NCBI GenBank assembly: GCA_965197585.1
Contig: OZ240215.1
Location: 3,008,001 to 3,072,000 of the forward strand
DNA length: 64,000 bases
Reading direction: 5' to 3'
From: Dehalococcoidia bacterium
GTDB lineage: Bacteria > Chloroflexota > Dehalococcoidia > Plut-88900
This document shows positions 32,041 through 41,358 of this stretch, piece by piece (position 1 is the first letter of the stretch; each line of letters begins with the position of its first letter). The notes below the pieces were generated by a model, which made no database searches, was not told the origin of the DNA, and worked only from the letters and a program-made list of their open reading frames with translations. The position numbers were made by a program, and so were the translations under genes.

Positions 32041-32799
32041 TCAGTTTTCTTCCCCGTACCTGTCCAGGGCCTCGGGGGGGAAGTCGGCGTTGCTGTAGAC
32101 CCGTTGGATATCGTCCAGGGACTCCAGCTTGTCCATCAGCCGAAGGGCTTGAAGGGCGCCCTTTTCGTCCAACTCGACTACGTTCTTGGGAATCAGGGAC
32201 AGTTCAGCGGAGTCGATTGTGACGTTGTGCCCCTCCAGCTCCTTGCGGACCGACTCCAGGTTCTCGGGCCTGGTATAGACCTCGAGCACTGAGTCCTCGA
32301 TCTTCACGTCGTCCGCCCCCGCGTCGATGGCCGTAAGGGCCACCTCCTCGGGGTCTTCCGATCCCGGTGCGATCATGATCACGCCCTTGGAGTCGAAGTT
32401 CCAGGCAACGGAGCCCGTCTCCCCCAGGTTGCCGCCGTTGCGGGTGAGGGTGCTGCGGACCTCCGCCACGGTGCGGTTCTTGTTGTCCGTGACGGCCTGG
32501 AGCATCAGGGCAGCGCCGCCGGGGCCGTAACCTTCGTAGGTCACTTCCAGCAGGTCTTCGGCGTTGCCCCCGTCACCCGCGGCCTTCTTGATGGCCCGGT
32601 CTATGTTGTCCAGGGGCATATTGCTGTCTCGTGCCCTCTGGACAGCTAGCCGCAGGCTGAAGTTGGTGTCTGCGTCGGGCCCCCCCCGACGCACCGCAAC
32701 GGATATCTCCCGGCCCAATTTGGTGAAGAGTTGACCGCGGCGGGCGTCGTTAGCGCCCTTCTGCCTTTTGATGGTGGACCATTTGGAGTGTCCCGACAT
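32041..32799 (-). CDS. yebC: YebC/PmpR family protein
   Basis: MSGHSKWSTIKRQKG, YEGYGPGG, TDNKNRT, DDIQRVYSN. Confidence 0.96.
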   Translation of the reverse strand: MSGHSKWSTIKRQKGANDARRGQLFTKLGREISVAVRRGGPDADTNFSLRLAVQRARDSNMPLDNIDRAIKKAAGDGGNAEDLLEVTYEGYGPGGAALMLQAVTDNKNRTVAEVRSTLTRNGGNLGETGSVAWNFDSKGVIMIAPGSEDPEEVALTAIDAGADDVKIEDSVLEVYTRPENLESVRKELEGHNVTIDSAELSLIPKNVVELDEKGALQALRLMDKLESLDDIQRVYSNADFPPEALDRYGEEN

Positions 32800-32878
32800 G
32801 GCGTTTAACTCCCTGAAGATTCCCGAAACCAACGACGCTTCGGAACTTTATTATAGCGGATGAGAGCGGCGTCGCGGC

Positions 32879-33397
32879 TCAGAGCAGTTCCGCATCCTCC
32901 ACGACCATCCGACCGGCTTCCAGGTCGATCTTCGAGACGAACTGCGGCAGGGCAGGGACCAGGCGCTCGCCCCCCGACCCCTTTATAAGATAGACGTCGT
33001 TCCCGCCCGTTTCCAGCACGTCGGTCACCCGGCCCACCTCGTCGCCGTCCCTGGTGATGGCCAGCAGGCCGATTACCTGGAAACGGTAATACTCACCCTC
33101 GGGGAGTGGGTGGAGGTCGGACTCAGGGACGTGCAGGGCGCAGTCACGCAGGGCCTCGGCTTGCTCCGGGGTGTCGACACCTTTCAGCTTAAGCACCCAG
33201 CGGCCCTTGTGGGGCTGGCTTGCCGAGATTTCGAAGGACCGGGCCTCGATGAGGATGGCGCCGCCCGGCGCGAAACGTTCGGGGAAGTCCGTTAAGGGGT
33301 GGATGACGATCTGGCCCCTCAGTCCGAAGGGCTTAATTACACGCCCGACCGTAATGAGGCCGGGGGATTCTTGTTCAGGTTGGGACTCGGGTTCCAT
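32879..33397 (-). CDS. rimM: 16S rRNA processing protein RimM
   Basis: VGRVIKPFGLRG, GEYYRFQVIG, TGGNDV; upstream rpsP-khpA context. Confidence 0.95.
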   Translation of the reverse strand: MEPESQPEQESPGLITVGRVIKPFGLRGQIVIHPLTDFPERFAPGGAILIEARSFEISASQPHKGRWVLKLKGVDTPEQAEALRDCALHVPESDLHPLPEGEYYRFQVIGLLAITRDGDEVGRVTDVLETGGNDVYLIKGSGGERLVPALPQFVSKIDLEAGRMVVEDAELL

Positions 33398-33424
33398 GGT
33401 GCAGGAAGCCCGTGAATAGAGCTG

Positions 33425-33652
33425 CTATACGATCTCGAGGACTGCCCTGACCCCGCGCTTGGCCGCGCCAACGCGAAGCAGAGTTCTCATCGCCTGGGCA
33501 ACCCGGCCTTCTCGACCGATAACCTTGCCCTTGTCGTCGGGGGCGACTTCCAGCCGGATGATTATCCGGTCGTCCTCTTCCTCCTCGGTCACCACCACGT
33601 CGTCCGGGGAGTCGGCGATGAACCGGGCGAGGTATTCGATCAGCTCTTTCAC
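33425..33652 (-). CDS. khpA: KH-domain RNA-binding protein KhpA
   Basis: [18 protein letters not shown]. Confidence 0.93.
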   Translation of the reverse strand: MKELIEYLARFIADSPDDVVVTEEEEDDRIIIRLEVAPDDKGKVIGREGRVAQAMRTLLRVGAAKRGVRAVLEIV

Positions 33653-33906
33653 CCTTCCTTCACCTTTTCCAAGGTGCCCGCCCTCTTCAGGAGCTTGGCG
33701 ACGCTATCCGTGGGCTGCGCACCCTTCCTGAGCCAACCGATGGCCTTCTCTTCATCGATGGTGAGAGCAGGCGGGTCGGGGATGGGATCATAGTGGCCGA
33801 TGTTCTCGACGTACCGACCGTCCCTGGGGGAACGGGAATCGGCGACGACAACCCTGTACTTGGGGTTCTGCTTGGACCCGACACGACGGAGCCTGATTTT
33901 TAGCAT
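33649..33906 (-). CDS. rpsP: 30S ribosomal protein S16
   Basis: [32 protein letters not shown]. Confidence 0.98.
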   Translation of the reverse strand: MLKIRLRRVGSKQNPKYRVVVADSRSPRDGRYVENIGHYDPIPDPPALTIDEEKAIGWLRKGAQPTDSVAKLLKRAGTLEKVKEG

Positions 33907-33988
33907 TTATTGCTTTTTCCAGTCGTAGACGGAGCGCGCCTACACGGTGGAGGCGGCCCGAACGCTTTGTTTGGTAGAATTGCAGCGA

Positions 33989-34018
33989 ATTTTAGCTTTG
34001 CAAGGCTGTCATTGTCAA
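33989..34018 (-). promoter_or_regulatory. rpsP operon promoter TTGACA-N18-TAAAAT
   Basis: Near-consensus elements with TGc extension absent, about 80 nt upstream of rpsP. Confidence 0.65.
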
Positions 34019-34149
34019 ACTAAGGAATGGCAGCTTTCCACGGTCGCGCAGGAACTTTCCCCTTGTCAACAATGAGGGGGTTGAGTATCAGTGCTCCAGA
34101 TGCACCATGAAGAATAATGCATGTCCCCACAATCACAGTGCAAGAACAC

Positions 34150-34181
34150 TTGACTAATGGTGTCACCTCAGACACCATTAG
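34150..34181 (+). promoter_or_regulatory. hicAB promoter with palindromic operator
   Basis: TTGACT at 34150; perfect 11-bp IR ctaatggtgtc-N6-gacaccattag (34154-34181) ending 3 nt before the ATG. Confidence 0.8.
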
Positions 34182-34184
34182 CGG

Positions 34185-34445
34185 ATGAGGAAAAGGCACC
34201 AGCGGACGCTTGAGCGCATCCTTGCAAGGCCGACACCGGCTGGCATTCACTGGGCCGAGATCGAGGCGCTATTGGTGGCGCTGGGGATAACAATACAGGA
34301 GCGGGCAGGGTCCAGGGTACATCTGGTCAAGGACGGGGAGTCAATGGTAGTCCACCGGCCACATCCCCGTCCTGAGACTAGCCGAGAAACGGTGCGCGAC
34401 ATCGCTGCGTTTCTTGAACGCGTTGGGGGGATTACTGATGCTTGA
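34185..34445 (+). CDS. hicA: HicA family toxin
   Basis: IHWAEIEALL, ERAGSRV, HRPHP. Confidence 0.93.
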   Translation: MRKRHQRTLERILARPTPAGIHWAEIEALLVALGITIQERAGSRVHLVKDGESMVVHRPHPRPETSRETVRDIAAFLERVGGITDA

Positions 34446-34776
34446 ATACAAGGGCTACGTAGGAGAAGTCGTATACGATGACGATGCGGGGGTCCTACAT
34501 GCCAGGGTAATTAACAGCGGCTCCTATCCGATAGCCAATGCCGAGGCCCCCGATGCGGAGGGGATCAGGCGGGAGTTCAGAATCTCCATTGACGAGTACC
34601 TCGCTTCTTGCGAAGAGCTGGGTATTGAGGCGGTCAGACCCTTTTCAGGAGATCTTCGACTACGTCTGGGCTCTGAGCTCCACCGGCGGGCCTCTGTGGC
34701 AGCCATGGAAGCCGGTGTGAGCCTTAACGCCTGGATTAAACGGGCCGTCGAGACTGCAACCAAGGGAAGAAACTAG
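34438..34776 (+). CDS. hicB: HicB family antitoxin
   Basis: MLEYKGY, SIDEYL, PFSG...LRL...LH, GVSLNAWI; overlaps the hicA stop. Confidence 0.93.
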   Translation: MLEYKGYVGEVVYDDDAGVLHARVINSGSYPIANAEAPDAEGIRREFRISIDEYLASCEELGIEAVRPFSGDLRLRLGSELHRRASVAAMEAGVSLNAWIKRAVETATKGRN

Positions 34777-34930
34777 CGAAGGACTGGATTCAGGATATGG
34801 AGGCCGAAGCTCGGGCTGGTCTTGGCCAGGCGCGCTCCCCTTGTCAACGTGGAAGGTGTTAGTTAGAGTAGCGAGACTCAAGGCCCGATTTGCATAGAGG
34901 CTCCAGCCCGGAGCCCGGGAGGTTGCTCAG

Positions 34931-35326
34931 TTGTCCATTACACTTTCAGAAGCCGAAACTGTCCTCGCCGCCGCGAAGGCGGAGGCCCGCAGCATGGGCG
35001 TTACCATCAGCGCGACCGTGGTGGACGCGAGGGGAGACTTCAAAGCCGGGTTCCGCATGGATGGCGTCGGGTGGTTTACCGCCGACGTCTGCAGGGGCAA
35101 GGCATTCGCCTCGGCCAACTTTGGCGTCCCCACCACCGACCTGGCGGAGCTGGCCGGTAATCCGGTATTTCAGAGCCTGGTAGCCATGCAGGGGGGCCGC
35201 ATGGTCCTTGGTAAGGGCGCAGTGCCCATCAAGAAGGGCGACGATGTGATCGGGGCCATAGGTGTGAGCGGCGGTACGGCCCAGGAAGACGAAGACATCG
35301 CCATTGTCGGGGCCCGGGCCATTTAG
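34931..35326 (+). CDS. GlcG/HbpS family heme-binding protein
   Basis: VVDARG, RMDG, KAFAS, IGAIGVSGG, ED. Confidence 0.9.
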   Translation: MSITLSEAETVLAAAKAEARSMGVTISATVVDARGDFKAGFRMDGVGWFTADVCRGKAFASANFGVPTTDLAELAGNPVFQSLVAMQGGRMVLGKGAVPIKKGDDVIGAIGVSGGTAQEDEDIAIVGARAI

Positions 35327-35358
35327 CGCCCGCACATATATTTAGCGCCCGCACATAT
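35321..35358 (+). repeat. Perfect 19-bp tandem duplication
   Basis: atttagcgcccgcacatat x2, including the glcG-like stop codon. Confidence 0.9.
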
Positions 35359-35403
35359 TAAGAAGACCCGCGAATATCGACGCAAGAACGGGAGCATACA
35401 GAC

Positions 35404-36558
35404 ATGGACTACGGCAAGATGGCCGTCGACCTGCACAGGAAGACCCGCGGCAAGATAAGCATGCACTCCAAGGTCCCGCTGGAGTCGGTGCTGGACATGT
35501 CCCTCGCCTACACCCCGGGCGTCGCCCAGGTGAGCCTGGACGTGGCCGCAGACAGGGCCCAAGCCTACGAGCTGACCAACAAGGGCAACATGGTCGCAGT
35601 GGTCAGCGACGGCTCCGCCGTGCTCGGGCTTGGCAACATCGGGCCCGAGGGTGCGATGCCCGTCATGGAGGGCAAGGCGGTCCTGTTCCGCGAACTGGCG
35701 GGCATCGACGCCTGGCCCATCTGCCTCGCCACCCAGGACGCGGACGAGATCATCATGATCGTGCGGAACCTCGCCCCTACCTTCGGCGGCATCAACCTCG
35801 AGGACATCTCGGCGCCCCGCTGCTTCTATATCGAAGAGAACCTGATGGACATCGGAATCCCGGTGTTTCATGACGACCAGCACGGCACCGCCGTCGTCGT
35901 CCTGGCAGCGGTGATCAATGCGCTGCAGGTGGTCGGCAAGAGGTTTGAGGACGTGAAGGTGGTATTCAGCGGCGCCGGCGCAAGCGGCATCGCATGTGCC
36001 CAGATCCTGCAGGAGATGGGCACCACCGACATCGTGCTGGTCGACTCCCGCGGCGCCATCTACAAGGGCCGGGACAACCTCAACTCCATGAAAGAAAAGA
36101 TCGCCGATACCACGAACTTCGGCCAGGAAAAGGGGTCGGTGCACGACGTCATCAAGGGCGCCGACATGTTCATCGGCCTTTCCACCAAGGACCTGATTGA
36201 CGCTGACGACGTGCGGAACATGAACAGCGACGCCATCGTCCTGGCCATGGCCAACCCCGACCCCGAAATCATGCCCGACGAGGCCGAGCGCGGCGGCGCA
36301 AAGGTGATCGGCACCGGCCGGAGCGACCTGCAAAACCAGGTCAACAACGTGCTGGGATTCCCCGGCATCTTCCGCGGCGCCCTCGACGCCCGGGCCGAAC
36401 GGGTGACTATGGGCATGAAGATAGCCGCAGGTCATGCGATAGCCAGGGTCATAGAAGAGCCCACGCCGGAGGAGATCATCCCTTACGCGCTGAACACCGC
36501 GGTGGTGCCGGCAGTGGCGGAGGCGGTGGCGCAGGCCTGGCGGGCTGAGTCTTCCTAG
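35404..36558 (+). CDS. NAD(P)-dependent malic enzyme
   Basis: AYTPGVA, VMEGK, GINLEDI, FHDDQHGT, GAGASG, NQVNN. Confidence 0.96.
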   Translation: MDYGKMAVDLHRKTRGKISMHSKVPLESVLDMSLAYTPGVAQVSLDVAADRAQAYELTNKGNMVAVVSDGSAVLGLGNIGPEGAMPVMEGKAVLFRELAGIDAWPICLATQDADEIIMIVRNLAPTFGGINLEDISAPRCFYIEENLMDIGIPVFHDDQHGTAVVVLAAVINALQVVGKRFEDVKVVFSGAGASGIACAQILQEMGTTDIVLVDSRGAIYKGRDNLNSMKEKIADTTNFGQEKGSVHDVIKGADMFIGLSTKDLIDADDVRNMNSDAIVLAMANPDPEIMPDEAERGGAKVIGTGRSDLQNQVNNVLGFPGIFRGALDARAERVTMGMKIAAGHAIARVIEEPTPEEIIPYALNTAVVPAVAEAVAQAWRAESS

Positions 36559-36581
36559 CCCACCAATTTAACATTCGCGAT

Positions 36582-36617
36582 AAGGCTCGGCCCTTGTATG
36601 GGCCGGGCCTTTCCTTT
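36582..36617 (+). terminator. Intrinsic terminator
   Basis: aaggctcggccc...gggccgggcctt followed by tccttt. Confidence 0.7.
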
Positions 36618-36746
36618 GGTGGAAGCGTCACCCTGTTCCCACACTATCCGTAAATCCTGAAAGAGCAACTCGCGGGCTCTCGGAAGCGGACTTTCTCGGC
36701 GGGAGCCCCTCCCCAAATCTCCCCCAAAACCCGTCCCGCAACCCCC

Positions 36747-36817
36747 TTGACATGCTTTGTGAAAGATATTACAGTCTCATATGTACGTCATTATAAGACA
36801 TACATATGTCTTTATAA
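36747..36817 (+). promoter_or_regulatory. Promoter TTGACA-N17-TACAGT followed by an AT-rich palindrome
   Basis: -35 at 36747, -10 at 36770; IR aagacata-ca-tatgtctt at 36795-36812. Confidence 0.65.
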
Positions 36818-36890
36818 ATACGCAAGCATACAAATATACTAGTAGCGACGTAATACCAAGCTCGTATGTGGCGGATGGGATGATATAAAC

Positions 36891-37610
36891 TTGAGATCAT
36901 CGAATGGCGTTCAGGACCTGGAACGAGACCCCCTTACCGGGCTCTATACCCGAGCCTCGGCCAACCGCATCGTCAAGATCGGCATCGAGGAAGCGCAGGG
37001 CGACGAGGGTGTCATTTCGGTGGCCCTCCTCGACATCGACCGATTCGAGCACTTCGATGAAGAGCACGGCCTCTCTGCCGGGGACGCCCTCTTAAAGTCG
37101 GTCTCCGAAATCATTCTCGCCGCCGAGACCGGCGCCGACGCCATATCACGATACAGCAGGGACACCTTCCTGCTCGTCTTCCCCGGCAGGGGCCCCGAGG
37201 ACGCCCTTCTCGCAGCCGAGAAGGTCCGCTCCTTCTTCGACACCAACCCGCTTATTCTCGGGCACCAGGATGAACCCCTGGAGGTCAAGGTCTCCCTGAG
37301 CAGCGGCGTCGCATCCTACCCCAACCAGGCCCACGACGACAGGGACCTGCTCCGCAAGGCCCAGGGCGCGCTCGTCCGTGCCAAAGAGACGGGCCGGGGG
37401 CGCACCAATCTGTGGCAGCGCTCCAAGGAGACCCGCATGGCCCTCAAGACCAGCTATTACGCCCAGACCCAGCTCGACCAGCTTTCCGAACTGGCCGACG
37501 AGCTGTCCAGAAGTGAGGCGTCGCTGCTCCGGGAGGCCATGGACGACCTGCTCTGGAAGTTCTACAGCCTGCGAGTCCGGCCCCCCGAAGAACCCAGGGG
37601 CAAGAAGTAG
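36891..37610 (+). CDS. Degenerate GGDEF domain fused to a C-terminal ribbon-helix-helix
   Basis: DPLTGLYTR, LLDIDRF, AGDALL; SRDTF in place of GGDEF; tail LKTSYY...LSELA...SEASLLREAMDDLL. Confidence 0.8.
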   Translation: MRSSNGVQDLERDPLTGLYTRASANRIVKIGIEEAQGDEGVISVALLDIDRFEHFDEEHGLSAGDALLKSVSEIILAAETGADAISRYSRDTFLLVFPGRGPEDALLAAEKVRSFFDTNPLILGHQDEPLEVKVSLSSGVASYPNQAHDDRDLLRKAQGALVRAKETGRGRTNLWQRSKETRMALKTSYYAQTQLDQLSELADELSRSEASLLREAMDDLLWKFYSLRVRPPEEPRGKK

Positions 37611-37653
37611 GTTGTTCCAAACCTGAGATCGAACATTTTAGGAGGTTTCAAAA

Positions 37654-38637
37654 TTGGAAAAGTTCGTTAAAGCCATGCCTAAGCGGCGCCTTACCGCTGT
37701 GCTGCTGGCAGGCCTGTTGCTTGTTGCAGCGGCAGCAGCATGTGGTAGTAAAGACGCCACTTCGCCCAGCGGGGACGCCACGACGGAAGAGCTGAGCGGC
37801 ACAATCGAAATCGACGGATCAAGCACCGTCTTCCCAGTGACTGCTGCAGTAGCGGAAGAGTTCAGGAAAGAGCACGGCGGTGTGCAGGTCAACGTCGGAT
37901 TTTCGGGCACGGGCGGCGGGTTCAAGCGCTTCACCGCAGGTGAGACGGTGATAAGCGATGCGTCGAGGCCAATCCTTGAGGAAGAGGCGGAAGCCGCGGA
38001 AGCCAACGGAATTGAATACATAGAGCTCAGGGTCGGGACGGACGGCATATCCGTTGTGGTCAGCCCGCAAAACGACTTTGTGGAGTGCCTGTCGATCGAC
38101 CAACTCCACGAGATCTGGAAGCCTGAGAGCACGGTATCCAAGTGGAATGAAATCAACCCTGACTGGCCCGACAATGACTTCAACCTGTACGGCCCGGGCA
38201 CCGACTCCGGCACTTTCGACTACTTCACCGAAGAGGTGAACGGAGAGACCAAGGTTAGCAGGGCGGACTACACCGCCAGCGAGGACGACAACGTCCTGGT
38301 ACGCGGCATAGCGGGCGACCGCAACGCTCTCGGTTACTTCGGCTACGCTTACTATGCCGAGAACACCGACAAGCTGAAGGTCATCGGCGTCGACAACGGC
38401 GACGGCTGTGTCGTCCCCTCCACCGAGACAATCGAGGACGGCAGCTACAACCCGCTGTCCAGGCCGCTGTTCATCTACGTTTCGGTTGAAGAGTTGAAGA
38501 CCAGGCCCGAGGTTGCAGGATTTGTCGACTTCTTCCTGGACAACGCTCCGACCCTGGTAAGGGAAGTCGGCTACATCCCCGAAGCCCCCTCCGTCTACGA
38601 CGAGGGTCGGGCCCAGGTGGCAGCTGCCAAACAGTAA
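37654..38637 (+). CDS. pstS: Phosphate ABC transporter substrate-binding lipoprotein
   Basis: IDGSSTVFP, SGTGGGFK, DSGTFDYF, YNPLSRPLFIY. Confidence 0.96.
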   Translation: MEKFVKAMPKRRLTAVLLAGLLLVAAAAACGSKDATSPSGDATTEELSGTIEIDGSSTVFPVTAAVAEEFRKEHGGVQVNVGFSGTGGGFKRFTAGETVISDASRPILEEEAEAAEANGIEYIELRVGTDGISVVVSPQNDFVECLSIDQLHEIWKPESTVSKWNEINPDWPDNDFNLYGPGTDSGTFDYFTEEVNGETKVSRADYTASEDDNVLVRGIAGDRNALGYFGYAYYAENTDKLKVIGVDNGDGCVVPSTETIEDGSYNPLSRPLFIYVSVEELKTRPEVAGFVDFFLDNAPTLVREVGYIPEAPSVYDEGRAQVAAAKQ

Positions 38638-38712
38638 GCCATAAACAAGACAACTACCTAATTTCCCTCATTCCTCCCAAACAATTAGGGAAAGGCCCAC
38701 AAAGCTCTTATA

Positions 38713-39681
38713 ATGAAGAACTCGATCGTTGAGACAGGGGAGCCCACGATCCCTTCAAAGACAGAGACCCGAGCCCCTATGCGGGTCAAAGATAAGCGGC
38801 GCCGGTGGCGGGACCTGGAAGGCAACGCCGTCCGGTATATCTTCTTCCTCTGCGCCCTGGTATCGATTGTAACCACGGTCGGCATAGTCGTTAGTCTGCT
38901 GAGCCAGGCCGTGGGATTCTTCCAGGAAGTCCCATTCTGGGAGTTCTTCTTCGGCACCCGCTGGACTCCCATCCTGAAACCCAACTCTTACGGTGTCCTA
39001 CCCTTGGTCGGCGGCACGCTCTTGGTTGCCGGGTTGGCCCTTGCGGTGGCCATCCCGGTCGGGCTCGCCATAGCAATCTTCCTGGCCGAATACGCCCCCG
39101 ACAAATTGAGAAGGGCCATCAAACCCGCCCTAGAAATCCTCGCAGGGATCCCCACCGTCGTATACGGCTATTTTGCACTGACCTGGGTATCTCCCCAGCT
39201 ACAGAACATATTCCCCAACATGCTGATCTTCAACGCCCTGAGTGCGGGCGTGGTAATGGGCATAATGGTCATCCCCATGGTCTCGTCCCTGAGCGAAGAC
39301 GCCATGCTCGCCGTGCCCCGGTCCCTCCGGGAAGGGGCTTACGCCCTGGGGGCGACGAAGCTGGAAGTATCGCTCAAGGTGGTGGTTCCGGCGGCGTTGT
39401 CGGGGATCGTGGCGGCGTTTATCCTGGGGCTTTCGCGGGCTATCGGTGAGACGATGCTCGTGACCATTGCCGCAGGGGCCACTCCGAACCTGACGTGGAA
39501 CCCCACAGAGAGCATCCAGGCCATGACAGCCTACATCGTCCAGCTAGCCCTCGGGGAAGCGCCGCACGGCTCAATCGAATATCAGACCATCTTCGCCGTG
39601 GCGATACTGCTGTTCGTGCTTACGTTGTCGGCCAATATGCTGGGCCACTGGTTTGTCCGCAGGTGGCAGGAGAAGTATTGA
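38713..39681 (+). CDS. pstC: Phosphate ABC transporter permease
   Basis: [29 protein letters not shown]. Confidence 0.96.
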   Translation: MKNSIVETGEPTIPSKTETRAPMRVKDKRRRWRDLEGNAVRYIFFLCALVSIVTTVGIVVSLLSQAVGFFQEVPFWEFFFGTRWTPILKPNSYGVLPLVGGTLLVAGLALAVAIPVGLAIAIFLAEYAPDKLRRAIKPALEILAGIPTVVYGYFALTWVSPQLQNIFPNMLIFNALSAGVVMGIMVIPMVSSLSEDAMLAVPRSLREGAYALGATKLEVSLKVVVPAALSGIVAAFILGLSRAIGETMLVTIAAGATPNLTWNPTESIQAMTAYIVQLALGEAPHGSIEYQTIFAVAILLFVLTLSANMLGHWFVRRWQEKY

Positions 39682-40565
39682 TGCAGCGGACAACCGGCGG
39701 CTCCTTTGATCCACGTCTGGCCTTCCGCAAGGCCGTAGGCACCGGATTCCTTGGCCTCTTCATCCTGGCCCTGCTTGTCGGCCTGTCCGGCCTTGTTATC
39801 TTAATTATCCAGGTGCTCATCGAAGGCGTCCCCTGGCTCAGTTGGACTCTCCTGTCCAGCTACCAGTCCCGCTTCCCAGACCAAGCAGGTGTCCTGGCTC
39901 CCCTTATCGGCAGCCTGTGGCTTATGGCGCTCACGGCGGCGTTCACCGTCCCGGTGGGTGTCGGGGCGGCGGTCTACCTGGAGGAATACGCTCCCAAGAA
40001 CCGGTTGACACAACTCATTGAGATCAACATCTCCAACCTGGCTGGGGTCCCGTCAATCGTGTACGGACTTCTGGGCCTGGCCGTGTTCGTGCAGTGGATG
40101 GCGATGGGTCGGTCTCTGCTGGCGGGGGGGCTCACCCTCTCCCTTCTCGTGCTCCCCATTGTGATTCTCACGTCCAGGGAGGCCATAAGGTCCGTGCCCC
40201 AGAGCTACCGGCAGGGGGCCTACGCCCTGGGCTCGACCCAGTGGGAGGTCACCAAAAAGATCGTTCTGCCTTCCGCCTTCCCTGGAATACTCACCGGTGT
40301 CATACTGGCAATGTCCCGGGCCATTGGGGAGGCTGCGCCGATACTGGCGATAACCGCCCTGGTCTACGTGACCTTCGTACCGACAAATCCCCTGGACAGG
40401 TTCACCATCCTGCCCCTCCAGATCTTCGACTGGGTTGGCAGACCGCAGGAAGACTTCCAGTCCTTGGCCGCCGCCGGAATCATCATCCTACTGGCCATGC
40501 TCCTGTCCATGAATGCATTGGCTATCTTTCTTCGCAACAAGTATCAAAAGAGGTCGGAGGAATAG
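39681..40565 (+). CDS. pstA: Phosphate ABC transporter permease
   Basis: [27 protein letters not shown]; start at ATG 39681. Confidence 0.96.
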   Translation: MQRTTGGSFDPRLAFRKAVGTGFLGLFILALLVGLSGLVILIIQVLIEGVPWLSWTLLSSYQSRFPDQAGVLAPLIGSLWLMALTAAFTVPVGVGAAVYLEEYAPKNRLTQLIEINISNLAGVPSIVYGLLGLAVFVQWMAMGRSLLAGGLTLSLLVLPIVILTSREAIRSVPQSYRQGAYALGSTQWEVTKKIVLPSAFPGILTGVILAMSRAIGEAAPILAITALVYVTFVPTNPLDRFTILPLQIFDWVGRPQEDFQSLAAAGIIILLAMLLSMNALAIFLRNKYQKRSEE

Positions 40566-40566
40566 A

Positions 40567-41340
40567 ATGGCGGAGTCGGATGTCATCCTCGAAGCCCGGG
40601 ACCTGCACATTTGGTACGGGTCATTTCGGGCAGTCAAGGACGTGACTATGGGCATCGAACAGAACAAGGTCACCGCGCTCATCGGTCCCTCCGGCTGTGG
40701 GAAGAGCACCCTGCTTAGATGCTTCAACCGAATGAACGAACTTGTACCCGGAGCCCATATCGACGGTGAGGTCCTGTATCACGATGAGGATATTTACGCC
40801 GACTACATGGACGCCACCGAGATCCGGTCCAAGATCGGCATGGTATTCCAGAAGCCCAACCCCTTCCCCAAGTCCATCTACCAGAACGTTTCCTTCGGCC
40901 TGCGAATCAATGGGTACAAGGGAGACGAGTACGCCGCCGTCGAGCAGGCCCTTCGCAGAGCGGCCCTCTGGAACGAGGTGAAGGAGCGGCTAAACGAGGG
41001 CGCCTTGACCCTTTCCGGGGGCCAGCAGCAGCGTCTCTGCATCGCCAGGGCCCTCGCCGTAGAGCCCGAGGTCCTGCTCATGGACGAGCCATGCTCAGCC
41101 CTCGACCCCATAGCCACCCTCGCCATCGAAGACCTTATCCGGGAACTCTCCACCGAGATCACCATTGTCATAGTCACCCACAACATGCAGCAGGCGGCAC
41201 GGGTCTCCGACCAGACCGCCTTCCTGATGATGGGCGATGACCGTGCCGGCTACCTCGTCGAGCGCGGGGCCACCAACGATATCTTCACCAACCCCAAAGA
41301 AGAGAGAACCGAGGCCTACATAACCGGCAGATTCAGCTAG
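40567..41340 (+). CDS. pstB: Phosphate ABC transporter ATPase
   Basis: [37 protein letters not shown]. Confidence 0.97.
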   Translation: MAESDVILEARDLHIWYGSFRAVKDVTMGIEQNKVTALIGPSGCGKSTLLRCFNRMNELVPGAHIDGEVLYHDEDIYADYMDATEIRSKIGMVFQKPNPFPKSIYQNVSFGLRINGYKGDEYAAVEQALRRAALWNEVKERLNEGALTLSGGQQQRLCIARALAVEPEVLLMDEPCSALDPIATLAIEDLIRELSTEITIVIVTHNMQQAARVSDQTAFLMMGDDRAGYLVERGATNDIFTNPKEERTEAYITGRFS

Positions 41341-41358
41341 CGTTACAGGCGGTACCCG

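Noticed and set aside
30838-33906. ruvB and trmD missing from their usual clusters
   Set aside because: Operon splitting is common and cannot be judged from one window
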